A stretch of DNA of 64,000 bases, from positions 2,848,001 to 2,912,000 of the forward strand of contig CBDCTK010000002.1 of the NCBI GenBank assembly GCA_965222225.1, read 5' to 3'. Both the position numbers and the translations under genes were made by a program. Positions 20,635-31,283 of the stretch are shown piece after piece (position 1 is the stretch's first letter; each line of letters starts with the position of its first letter). A model generated the notes under the pieces. That model had not been told where the DNA came from. It saw nothing but the letters and a program-made list of their open reading frames with translations, and did no database searches. The stretch comes from Candidatus Poribacteria bacterium. GTDB lineage: Bacteria; Poribacteria; WGA-4E; JAJDTR01.

Positions 20635-21843
20635 TTATCTTCTGTACCGTGACGAAGGCCCCTCTTCACGGTAGGTCGGGGGCGGCGGATCCAACCATTT
20701 CACGAAGCTATCCTTTATTGCGAAGGCGAAAAAGTGGTTACCTCCGGGGGTGTAGTGACCGGTGTAGTAACGCCGAGCATATTCCTCCGGCGAGCAGTTG
20801 AACAGTTTGAACTCCTCAAAGTGCGCCCGGAGAGAATCGTAAAACAGAAATCCCTGTTCGTTCAGGTAGTCAACAAAGATCCGGTCGAATCGCGGACGGT
20901 TATGGCAAGCGTGAATGACGTCATTCGACGGATAACTGAGAAGAACCATCAACTCCTTTCTTTCCTCTATTGCGAATCTCCGTACCTTGTCTACTATGTA
21001 CATGCTCGACCGCAGTGCGCAGGTTTGCAGTAAGTTCTGTGCAGTTTTGGCAATGGCTTCCGGCGAGCTGAAGTCCGCGGTCATTCCTAGCGCATCCGCC
21101 GTTGCCCTCAATACTCCGAGATTGAGGTCCTTCACGCCTAGCTGAGCGAGGCGGGCTTGGACGTCAAAGTCGTCTTTGAAGGTTTCATACAGGTGCGCGC
21201 TATCACAGAGTTGATACAGCAAATCGGGCGTCGAATAGGGGTTTTCATGTTCCTCAAACTCGGTGGTTTCCGGGTTGAGACGAACATGCGCCCAAGGGTT
21301 GGCATTGAACATAAACGCCGAAATCTCCGATAAGGCGCTCGATTTGAAAAGCCGAGGATCTCCCGGCAGATGAAGCAGTCGCCAGGTGTAGATGCTTCGG
21401 AAATGATCGTCCGAGAAGATGTTGAGCACGATGTATTTGGCGGATACTTCGGTCTTTTCCTCTCGAAGCATCCGTCTGTAGGCTTGATAGACGCCGTGAC
21501 CGCCGACTCCAAAGTTGCGAATCGGCTCGCCAAAGTGGGCGGCGAGGTACTCTTGCCAGGATTCACCGTCATTAACCTGATCGCACTGCGTGAAACTGTT
21601 TCCGTATGTATTTATTCGGCAGGGTCGATCCGCAAAGTTTGACATCAGCCGCTCGACGAATGTACCGTAACGAGAGATTGTATAGCTTTCGTCGAGGCCG
21701 TCCTTAAGCACGGAGTTCTTACGGATATACCCCAAATCGGAATCGAAAACGGCGTAGTTGTGGGCGTTCGAATCGAAAAACCTATCAACGTGTTCTCGCT
21801 TCAGCGTCAACGCTTCAAAAAATTCTCGTGTCGTAATGCTCAT
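20635..21843 (-). CDS. SGNH-hydrolase-like hypothetical protein
   Basis: YGNSFT, NFGVGGHG, GHYTPGGN blocks. Confidence 0.7.
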   Translation of the reverse strand: MSITTREFFEALTLKREHVDRFFDSNAHNYAVFDSDLGYIRKNSVLKDGLDESYTISRYGTFVERLMSNFADRPCRINTYGNSFTQCDQVNDGESWQEYLAAHFGEPIRNFGVGGHGVYQAYRRMLREEKTEVSAKYIVLNIFSDDHFRSIYTWRLLHLPGDPRLFKSSALSEISAFMFNANPWAHVRLNPETTEFEEHENPYSTPDLLYQLCDSAHLYETFKDDFDVQARLAQLGVKDLNLGVLRATADALGMTADFSSPEAIAKTAQNLLQTCALRSSMYIVDKVRRFAIEERKELMVLLSYPSNDVIHACHNRPRFDRIFVDYLNEQGFLFYDSLRAHFEEFKLFNCSPEEYARRYYTGHYTPGGNHFFAFAIKDSFVKWLDPPPPTYREEGPSSRYRR

Positions 21844-21867
21844 TTTGGATGTTTTCCCTCCATAGCT

Positions 21868-22160
21868 ATAGTCATCACATTCATATTTACACGTACTTAA
21901 AGAGAGACATTGGCGATTTGAAGATTGTTACGACAAGCCTACCGTAGGAGTTCAAGCGAACGGATAGTGAGTGCAATAGAAAGTCCCGTGCGATAGAGAT
22001 TCCTCTCCCGGTCGCGACCTCTTGTCGCGAGTAAAACTCGCTCCTACAGAAGACGTGCAATAAAGGGATCTCTATCGTCCTCGCTATTCGCTCCCTTGAT
22101 CGCCACTCCAAACAGAACTGCGTAAATCCTATATGTGTAATTCTTAGTTGCAATGACTAT
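21868..22160. mobile_element. MITE-like composite with REPs and three micro-element copies (21950-21987 +, tail 21988-22003, 22065-22101 -)
   Basis: Ends ATAGTCAT...TTACAC and GTGTAA...ATGACTAT are imperfectly complementary; internal AACTGCGTAAATCCTA end at 22116-22131. Confidence 0.6.
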
Positions 22161-22224
22161 GAAGCGAACGCAACGATACCGGAAATATCCACTTCAGATC
22201 GTGGTAGTGCAACTCATCCTCTCG

Positions 22225-24156
22225 TTACCAACCCCACTCGGTGAAATAGGGGAAGATTCGATAGACATGCTGCCCGCGAATTTCGCCGAAGATTGTCCAT
22301 AAGCTGCCGATGACGTGTTGTCCCAAGATGATTCCGATGAAGAACGGCACCATGCGCCGATAGAGTTGAATGCCGCCGAACTTCAGAATCGCCCATTTAA
22401 TTAGCCACGCCACGAAGATTGAAAACCAGATGCCGCCCATCATCCAGCCGCAAGCCACGGCAAAGCCAACGGGATGGAAGGGGAATCCGATGAACCGTTG
22501 ATGCAGCAGACGTAGAACTACCGTAATCCCTGCACCTATGCCAACGTCGCGGAGCATCGGAAAATCTTGGCTGCGCGGGTGTTGAATCCACGTATCCAAC
22601 ATGCGGAAACCGTTGTCGCCGATATTGTGATAGACGTTGTCCGCGCCGAAATGATACATGTTGTGCAGCAGCGCCCAAAAGCCGGCGAACGTACCCACAA
22701 TGGAGGCGACAATCATGGCAATCAGGAAATGACGGCTGGGTGCGTTAAGCAGTTGCGCCATTTTGAAGCCTTCAATCTGATGACCGACCGGATGCGAGCG
22801 ATATGCACGGCACATCCAGAACAAGTGGCTGAACATAGCGATATTCGTGACACCGATACGACGTGTGCCAAACACGTTCAAGAGCATCTGATCCGGTCCC
22901 ATAAACTCGGCATCGTGAGCAGGAGGTCCAATCTCCGCGCGAATACGGGCGATAGCGATTGCATAGAGAATGTATACGAGGAGAAAAAGAAGGACGACCC
23001 AAGCCGACATTCCAGCATATCCGAGGAACGCGACCAGAGCGACGATACCCAGGACGATGCCGGCGAGCGCCGATCGGTAACTCATTGGCTCGTTGGCGGC
23101 GGTTTCGGGACTCTTCCCACGGACGATTTCTCTCAACACCTGCTTCAGGTGCAGTCGAGCGGACCACAACGGTAAAATCGCCAAGATTATCCACGCGCCC
23201 GCCGTTTGATAGCTTCGGAACGGGCCCGGCGTTGCCCAGATTCCCATCCCATTTCGGTACACAAGGTCTGCCTTCCAGATAAGATGGAAGAACCATGCCG
23301 AAAACGCTAAATTCAGCGGCAAGAAATAAGCCATCCCGACGACGAAGGGATAGACCGCCAACGGCAACCATCCGACGGCGTTCCACGGTTTTTCTGTAAA
23401 GAACCTGCCGAGATTATAGATTGGCGCGAAGTTGGGAGCCACAGGCCACAACCCATGGATTCCGTTCATAAGGTCAAATGTGCCCGCAATCCCGAATCCG
23501 AGCCACAACATGCGGTTGGAAAGCAGCCCGGTCCCACCCTTCGCCATCTCCATCGGTAGTTGGATAACAGGGTAGGCTAATTTTTCATTTTCCGTCCACT
23601 GTTTCCGAATGATAACATTGATGCAAGCGATTACGAAGAAGAGTACAATCAGGAAGCCGCCCCAACCCAAAGCCGGGATTAACCAAGGTGTGAAATGTTC
23701 TGAAATATAAAGTGTAGTCTCCCCTTTGTGGTAACCTTGCAGTGCTGTCGAGTCGTAGACGGTTATCCACTCCGGCACGTGTCTGCCAAAAAGAGCCATC
23801 CATTCGTTTTCCGGCGTCACGAACCAGAAACTCGTGAGGTGTTGAACCATGACGAGCAACAGGTCATGTCCAAAAATGCCGGTGGCAATGGCTGTCATCA
23901 CATAGATAATGAGGAGTTCGATGGGCTGAAGGACAGCGTTGGGGGCGTATTTGTTGAGGAAGGCATTGAGCAACACCAGTAAGAAGAGGGTAAAGGTGAC
24001 GTTGTAAAAGAGGGTGAAGAGTGTCGAAAAGACCGGTTGGTAAATAGTTTCGGCGAGCGTCAGCCAATAGAGATTGATTGGGATAAGGAGCCCGCCAATA
24101 ATCAGCGCACGGTAGGATATAGTGGTAGAATTATAATGAGATGATCCGTCTTTCAA
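22225..24156 (-). CDS. Polytopic membrane protein, DUF6785/DUF6784 (OPT-like peptide transporter family)
   Basis: ~16 TM segments; RKQW.ENEKLAYP..QLP, FPFHPVGF, GGIQLYR. Confidence 0.8.
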   Translation of the reverse strand: MKDGSSHYNSTTISYRALIIGGLLIPINLYWLTLAETIYQPVFSTLFTLFYNVTFTLFLLVLLNAFLNKYAPNAVLQPIELLIIYVMTAIATGIFGHDLLLVMVQHLTSFWFVTPENEWMALFGRHVPEWITVYDSTALQGYHKGETTLYISEHFTPWLIPALGWGGFLIVLFFVIACINVIIRKQWTENEKLAYPVIQLPMEMAKGGTGLLSNRMLWLGFGIAGTFDLMNGIHGLWPVAPNFAPIYNLGRFFTEKPWNAVGWLPLAVYPFVVGMAYFLPLNLAFSAWFFHLIWKADLVYRNGMGIWATPGPFRSYQTAGAWIILAILPLWSARLHLKQVLREIVRGKSPETAANEPMSYRSALAGIVLGIVALVAFLGYAGMSAWVVLLFLLVYILYAIAIARIRAEIGPPAHDAEFMGPDQMLLNVFGTRRIGVTNIAMFSHLFWMCRAYRSHPVGHQIEGFKMAQLLNAPSRHFLIAMIVASIVGTFAGFWALLHNMYHFGADNVYHNIGDNGFRMLDTWIQHPRSQDFPMLRDVGIGAGITVVLRLLHQRFIGFPFHPVGFAVACGWMMGGIWFSIFVAWLIKWAILKFGGIQLYRRMVPFFIGIILGQHVIGSLWTIFGEIRGQHVYRIFPYFTEWGW

Positions 24157-24359
24157 ACATACACCGCCACGAAGGTTGTCAATTGCTTGTGCAGGAATCG
24201 GGATAATCCTTGAACGGCAGGATTGCTACTGACCTTCCAGTTTGGGAGGGCGGATAGATTTTTCATAAAGCCCGGTTGGTCGAGTCCGGGCTCAAGGCAG
24301 AACGCGGGTAAATGCGTCGGTTGAACGGAATACCTGGGGCGCGGCAGTTACTGTAACGC

Positions 24360-25130
24360 TTATCTTAACCGTTTGATTGCGCCCCACGTCGTCGCTAACG
24401 AATTAAGATGGGATACGGATTGGGGTCTGCCCGGCTCGAATTCGAATAATTCTTGCACCTCCTTGGCGTCCATTCCGCGGTTGTAGATGCGCAGGTCGTC
24501 CATGACACCTACGAAAGTGTTTAACCCCATGAAGCCGATTTGAATCCGTGAGTCCGTTTGTTGAATCTTGCCAAGACCACCGGCGTTCCCCATTGCGTCT
24601 GCGTTCGTGTAGTAGGTTGCTGTTCCCTTTAGGAACGTCCCGACAATATGATTCCATTCATCCATAATCAGTTTCTGCCCGGGCCCCGTTCCCTTCCATG
24701 CCCCACCGGTACGAATCTCGATCCGACCGGCACCGCTAAGAATATCAATGTTGTATTGACCATCCTTGTAGATGGCGCGGTTTTCTCCGGCGTGGTCAAG
24801 TTTCTTCGGCTTGACCCAGAAAGAAACGGCGAATTCCTTTTCGACCAACAAGTGTTCCGTCTTGTGAATTACAGCGCTATGGGATTGGTCGTCAAAGAGC
24901 AAGCCATCGCCGAATTTGCCGTCCCCAGTCCGCTTGGCAGTGATAATCTGACCGTCATTTCCGTTGCCGGTTTCGTCTCTTAGCACTTTGTCCTTGCCCT
25001 CCATCGGGTAATAACCGATGAGGCCGTCTTCTAGATCGGCGGACACTGACAACGGCGATACCAAAAAAGTTACAAGAATAACTAATGAAATGCCGAACGG
25101 TAATTGACCTGTCACTAGAGTTCCCTCCAT
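24360..25130 (-). CDS. Secreted LamG (concanavalin A-like) protein with C-terminal TTWGAIK motif
   Basis: GLIGYYP, WNHIVGT, MDDLRIYNR. Confidence 0.85.
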   Translation of the reverse strand: MEGTLVTGQLPFGISLVILVTFLVSPLSVSADLEDGLIGYYPMEGKDKVLRDETGNGNDGQIITAKRTGDGKFGDGLLFDDQSHSAVIHKTEHLLVEKEFAVSFWVKPKKLDHAGENRAIYKDGQYNIDILSGAGRIEIRTGGAWKGTGPGQKLIMDEWNHIVGTFLKGTATYYTNADAMGNAGGLGKIQQTDSRIQIGFMGLNTFVGVMDDLRIYNRGMDAKEVQELFEFEPGRPQSVSHLNSLATTWGAIKRLR

Positions 25131-25215
25131 TTCAAAGTAAATTCTCAATCTTCGCGGCGCGGAAGTGCCAAAATCCGGAGTGTCCACCTATCCCCCGTGT
25201 TTCAATGTACTGCTT

Positions 25216-25962
25216 TCAGATCCCCCATGTGGTCGACAACGAACCAACGGGAGCAACCGAGAACGCACCGGGATTGTGTCCAAAGAGTTGCTCAATCTCT
25301 TTGTCGTCAAGCGCGCGGTCATAAATTCGCAACTCGTCGAGTACTCCCACAAAGCCCGCTAACCCGCAGCATGAGCCTAATCTCAGCGGCGACTGAATCT
25401 GGGTAAGTTGATTCGAGGCGGTTTTTCCGTTGCTGACGAGTTTGCCGTCGACGTAAAATGCCCCGGTCTTTTCCTGTGACTCAAACGTTCCGGCAATGTG
25501 GTGCCAAGTTCCTAATTCCAGCGCCGGTCCAACACCGGTACCTTGCCAGCCTCCGCCCGAGAAGAGATCCAGCCTGCCGCCGCGCAGCAAATCCAAGTTG
25601 TACTGATCGGTAAAGACCACGCGATTTTCGCCAGCGAAGTCGAGTTTCGTCGGAAAAACCCACACAGCAACACAAAAGTCCTTTTTGACAACGAGGACGG
25701 GCGATTTCGGGACTTGCGCCTGCGCGTTCTTGTTGGCGAACAGCAGTCCTTTCCCAAATCGTCCATTTCTCTCTCGCTTGGCAGTTTGGAGGTTGCCGTC
25801 GAGGCTATTCGCGCTCGCGTCCTCAAACTGCTGACTGTTTCCTTCAAACGGGTAGTAGGCAACGAGCCCGTCATCGAATTCGGCGCCGCTTAGTAAGGCG
25901 TGCCAACAGATGTGTAGAATAACACCCCAAGACAAACAACGCGTTAGGTGATGACTTGTCAA
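25216..25962 (-). CDS. Secreted LamG protein; extreme C-terminus probably frameshifted (TTWG-DLK)
   Basis: GLVAYYPF, WHHIAGT, LDELRIYDRAL. Ends TGG GGG ATC TGA AAG; one extra G would give WGDLK. Confidence 0.85.
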   Translation of the reverse strand: MTSHHLTRCLSWGVILHICWHALLSGAEFDDGLVAYYPFEGNSQQFEDASANSLDGNLQTAKRERNGRFGKGLLFANKNAQAQVPKSPVLVVKKDFCVAVWVFPTKLDFAGENRVVFTDQYNLDLLRGGRLDLFSGGGWQGTGVGPALELGTWHHIAGTFESQEKTGAFYVDGKLVSNGKTASNQLTQIQSPLRLGSCCGLAGFVGVLDELRIYDRALDDKEIEQLFGHNPGAFSVAPVGSLSTTWGI

Positions 25963-26153
25963 GATTATCCTCCACCCAATACCGCTACGCGAGTCTCGGG
26001 TTTGGCAAGCAGGGACGGGCGATTGGCAGGTGTCCGGTTAAGTCTTCGGCATAAGCGTGACGTACGGAGATTAAGGCAAAGTCTAGTTGCGTCTTTACAC
26101 CCCAGCCGCACATCTACCTTCGTCCGTAACCCCCTTGAAAGCCGGCTGAAAGG

Positions 26154-26941
26154 TCACTTCCGATCCGATTTGATGTTACCCCATGTGGTAACGAGCGAGC
26201 CGTTGGGAGAGACTGATACGGTCGGATTCAACTGAAACAACGCCTGTACATCGTCTTCGCTGAAGGCACGCTCATGAAGCCGCACGTCGTCTAGGCTGCC
26301 AACCATGCATTGAATACCCATGTGGCCAAATCGAAGGTTGGATTGCACCACTTGGATAGCCGGAGGGCCTGCCGTGCCTACTAACTCGCCGTTAACATAG
26401 TGTGATGCCAATTGCGCGTTAACGTCATAAGTTCCCAAAATGTGGTGCCATTCTCCCAACCCCAGTTCGCCTCCCACCGCAGGTGTTCCGATCCAAGGCG
26501 GGTCATCCGCATTTTTTTAATCTCAAAGTGTCCTTTGGCGTGAAGGACATCAAGATTGAGTTGGTCGGTGAAGATGACTCTATTTTCAAAGTCTGGCCAC
26601 GTGTCACCTGTCGAAAGCGCCTCTGGATGAATCCAAGCCGCGACTGTTAAGTCGCCTTCGAACGTCAGACTTTCGGAACCCGGCGCCGATGCGCTATCGG
26701 TATTGTTGGCAAACCGGATGGCTTTGCCGAATTTACCGTCATCAACTCTTTGGGCAGACCCGATGTCGCCGTTGTTTCCCATTCCGCTTGCATCTTCCAG
26801 GGTATTGTCACTTCCCTCGAACGGATAATGCGCTACAAGCCCATCGTCTAGTGCGGCGGACGCCGTCGAAACAGCCCCTGTTAGAATCAAAGCGAGTCCC
26901 GCAAATAGTGAGACGATACCAAAAAACAATTGTTTTTTCAT
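26154..26941 (-). pseudogene. LamG protein split by a frameshift at an A7 run (26512-26518)
   Basis: ORF 26381-26983 (signal peptide, GLVAHYPF) continues in ORF 26154-26477 (WHHILGT, DDVRLH, TTWGNIK). One more A restores FEIKKNADDPPWIG. Confidence 0.8.
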
Positions 26942-27067
26942 TGAGTCGTCCTCCATGCCAGGTTTGTATGAGGATTGAAGCATAAGGAATTTGGTTCAAA
27001 CACTATTGTTGGCGCTACAAGAGTGCCCGATGCCAACAATCATATAGGAAACGCCAAAGAAGTTCAA

Positions 27068-29210
27068 CTACTTTCCATCAATGCGAAGAATCAATGGATA
27101 ATCCCGTATCAATAGATTCGGAATAACCAAATTGCCGTGCTTGCGGTGCGACTGAAGGGGCTGTTGAAGTCCGTTTAGGCTATCTATACCTGTGACGCTA
27201 TCGGGAGAGAGGCCCTCAAGGGTTAGCGTGGTATTCACACCGGGATGATAATCGGCTGCCGCGGTGTCAATCCATAATGCCACCAATCGGCTTCCGTCGG
27301 GCAGGACGAAGCTACAACTTTCCAGTTCCTCGGATTGACTATCTATTTGGATTTTCCAAGGGATTGGCTCGGCGCCTGCCATGACCGTGCATAGAGTACC
27401 TCGGGAGCAACTGAACGACGCTCGGCATGAGGATTTGATTGCTTACCATTTTGAAGCCTAGGCTACGGTGCATGAGGATTGCCCTCGCGGCATACTTGGC
27501 GGCTTCAATGTCCGTGTAATGTGGTGATTCGTGTGGAACGAAGTCTTGATGGGTGTGCCAGACCATCTCCTCAACCATATATTCACCTTCAAAACCCAAG
27601 CCGAATGCCTCCTTCTCGAAGGCTTGTACAGAAGACGGATAATCCTGCCAATACGTGGTCCCCCTTGCTTGGTCGTTGAGCGGCGATTCTCCGTAGAAGG
27701 GGTGCCACGATACGGCGTCGACTAACCCTCCAGTCTCCGAACTCAGAACCCGCTTAAGCCAATCTCTTTCCCACTGATTGAATCGCCCCAGCGCCCCCAC
27801 GACAATTTTTGCGGTAGGATCGATGTCTTGAATAATCGGCGCGACTTGACTGACGACCTCCAGATAGTCGCTCAGCGCAATTGGTGCGCGTGGGTCGCCT
27901 CCCGGATTCTCAGTGGGTTCGTTCCAAATTTCATAGTATTTTACTCGACCGTTGAAGTGTTGAGCCATAAACCGTGCGTAGTCGGCAAACTGCTCCTGCT
28001 GCGCCGGCGTTTTGAACCACCATGCCGGCTCCTGTTGACCCAGTAATCCGTGTCCCGGGGTACCCCACCACCGATGCTCACTACCATCCAAACCGGCGCC
28101 TGCGCTCAGCGTAAGCACGATGTTAACCCCACGATCTGCGAGAGCAGTGATAAAGTTGTCACAGTCGGGAGGAATTCGATGGCCCCCCGGTGCAACGAGG
28201 ACTTCCTGCCAGTTGAGCGGGTTTGGCGACCAGAAGTTCGTTCGCACCCACTTGAGTCCGAGATCGTCAATATGGTGAAGGAGGTCGCGGTACACTCCGG
28301 TGCCGACTTCCCAGTTCCCAATGTCGCCTCCGATGCCGTTGTCCTCTAGTTGGCTTGATTTCTTGGGTTGAATCTTGGTCTGAGGATGGGTGTTCCCTTC
28401 TTGGAGAACGACATCTGCGAAATAATCTGGGCATGTGGGATAAAGAAATGACGTCGGTATCAGGTCGGTATTAGGCTTGGGGTGTTTCATTGCATGAAGA
28501 CCATGCTTGGCTGCGGCGTGTAATGTGCCTGGCTGCTCAAGTCGATATAGCGTTTGCACTTGGTTTGGGCTTAGTGCGCGATTGTAGATTCGAACCTCGT
28601 CAATGTCCCCCACCATTGCGTTGAGTCCAGTGTACCCGAGCCGAAGGGATGAGGCGATAACGTTCAATAGACCAGGCGTTTTGACGGTACTGACAAGGGC
28701 GCCATTGACATAAAATGCACCGATAGTCCCGTCTGTCGTAAAGGTGCCGACAATATGATGCCACACGCCTAGCTTCAGCGGTTCCGTCCCAGTAGATGTA
28801 CCGTGCCATTCCCCACCGGAAAAGAGATCCAATCGACCCCGTCCGCAAAGAAGATCGAGGTTAAACTGATCGGTAAAAACGAGCCGATTTTCGCCGTGGA
28901 GATTCACCGATTCCGGTCGAACCCAAGCGGAAACTGTCAGATCGCCCTTGATTTTCAGGTCTTCAGATAACCGGACAATAGCATGGCTGGTAATTGAGGG
29001 GAACCGAATGCCTCCGCCGAATCTACCTTCAGCCCGTTCTGCCGATAGAAGTAGTCCGTCGTGCCCATTGCCGCTGGCATCCTCAAAAACGTGACCGCTA
29101 CCCTCGAACGGATAATAGGCGATAAGTCCATCGTTCGGCTCTGCGAAGGTGGGCAGTACCAAGATAAACCACAAGAACGCAAGGAGTATCATTTGTAGCC
29201 CCATCACCAA
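27068..29210 (-). pseudogene. LamG plus clan GH-A (GH39/GH5-like) glycoside hydrolase, frameshifted near 27395
   Basis: N-terminal LamG, YEIWNEP, DAVSWHP, YMVEE. The C-terminal beta domain is in another frame (TLCTVMAGAEP...RDYPLILRI). Confidence 0.75.
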
Positions 29211-29217
29211 ACCTAGA

Positions 29218-30952
29218 TTAAACTACGACAATCTTAATCAATCCGTCTACGTTGATACAAAACCACTCCACAACGCTCAGCACGGCGGCAAGGAAAACGA
29301 GGTACACCCAAGGTGGGTATCGCAAGAGTGACGAACCGCTCAGCGTGACACTTTCTGTTAACAGGTTTTCAACTAACGTATTGACACCGATATGCGATTC
29401 CGGTTCGTCCGCGAGGTTGACCGCCCACATTTTTTCGTTATCACCAATTTTCAGCGTGTAAAAACCGGCAATCTCTGTCTGACCAAAGAGTATCTCACCT
29501 CGCTCGACAGCGGTTTCCCACGTCCGATCTCCAGGTCCGGTGATTGTCATGCTCGTAGGCAAATCCGTCCCATCGCCATCGGCTTTCCACGTCAACACCT
29601 CGCCGGTGTGTAGGTGATATTCCTCAATTCCCGAACTTCCTTGAAACCACTGAATTGTATTGGCAATAATCACTGGAAAGGCAATGCGCAGCGGGAGGTC
29701 AGATTGCAGAATGTCAATCGCCGCAAAGACAACCTTTCGGTTTGGCGTAACATCAACAAACAGCACGGGATCTTCAAATGAACGGGCTAACACCTCGGCC
29801 GTGGCTGGCGGCGTGACGTGGTACGCCTCGCCAATTTGCACGTTCTCCAAATGAACGTGACGCAGAATCGGGTGCGTCCGTTCCCAATCGGTGATAATTG
29901 GTGTTTCGAGTGGTGCCCCGATTTTCCAACTCGCCGGAGCGTCGCTGTTTTTGGGAGGATAGATGATCACATAATTCCCGTCGCCGAGCGTCGGCGGGTT
30001 GAATCGATCGAAGATGACGATGTGATACCCGGTCGCATTGGCATCATAGTCCTCCGGCGTAGTGACGCTGAGGTCCAGATTTTCGTCAACGGAGAGCGCT
30101 TTTTCGAGGAACGGATTCTCTTCGGTCACAAGCAAAACCGGGATATGTTCACGTTTGGGTAACGCGGCGTAGGCGACGTTGTCGGTGCGAAGTGCATCCG
30201 CGACATCCAAAACCGCCTTGAGTTGTCCGCCTTCAAAAGTAAAATTGCTGAAAATTTCGGATTTGCTTTCACCGGGCGCGAGCGTATAGGGTCGCACATC
30301 AAAGAGGTCTTCGTTGAAATAGAGTTCAACGTTGCACTTTTTCTCCTCTTCCGAAGCGTTGATAACGGTCAACAACGTTTGGTAATCGAACGCATTGACG
30401 AGACTCTTCCGTACGCGAAATTGAGTGATGCCAACATTGTCACTCGCCGCACCAACCTGAAGCAGATGAAGTTCGACCTCTTCACCCGGGTTTTGTAGCC
30501 GTGTCAACATGTCTTCGGAAACTGGCTGAAAATCGCTGAAGATGACGATTTCGGCGCTCGGCTTTGTTTGGGCAACGGCATACGCCAAATCCAGTGCGGG
30601 TTCAAGATTGGTGTTAATGTCGGTTGGCTGTATTGATTGAATTGCCTGTCGCAGTGACTTCTGGTGGTTGGTGAACGGACTATGGATTGTTGGCTTTGCA
30701 TGGCAACTAATCACCATCATTTCGTCCATGAATCGCAGTCCTTCTACCATTCGCAGGCCGCGCTGTTTGGCAGACTCCAACCGTGAGCTTGATGCGACAC
30801 GATTAGACTCTCGCTCTTCATCGGAAGACTCAAGAGCATTCATGCTTGCCGAATGGTCGATTATCAGGATGATACGCCGGGCGGCTTTGGTAATAAATGC
30901 AAACTGCGGTCGGGCGATCGCGAGCACCAAAAGTGTCAGAAATAGAAGCTGA
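29218..30952 (-). pseudogene. BatA/vWA domain membrane protein, 5'-truncated, with a frameshifted C-terminus
   Basis: DHSASM MIDAS motif. Only the tail of the BatA domain (QLLFLTLLVLAIARP) is present, with an in-frame stop upstream. One more T near 29262 restores EWFLYQRRRID*. Confidence 0.7.
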
Positions 30953-31283
30953 AAGTCTATGGCATTTGAAAAGAATGTTCCACTATATCAAGGACAGTGT
31001 CAGCGGAGCCGAAACGGTTAGGGGAACTCATGGATGTACAATTTGGAGGCTTACCGAAGGCTTTATCCGCCAGAATACACGAGACAGATGGTAGAGAATA
31101 AAACGCATGAATTCCAAAATGTCGCGGTGCAATATTCAAGCCTTTTGGGAATGCCATGAAGATATCAGGCTATGCAACCGTTCTCTATTTCCGCATCTTT
31201 TTTGCGTCAAGGTGTAAACGCGGGCTAACCAATTGACGTCATATGGCATCGAATCGAAAAGCACCCGAGGAAAATAGCGCCAC

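Noticed and set aside
26512-26518. Programmed frameshift or phase variation at the A7 run
   Set aside because: The run is short, not a correctly phased slippery heptamer, and neighbouring genes show similar indels.
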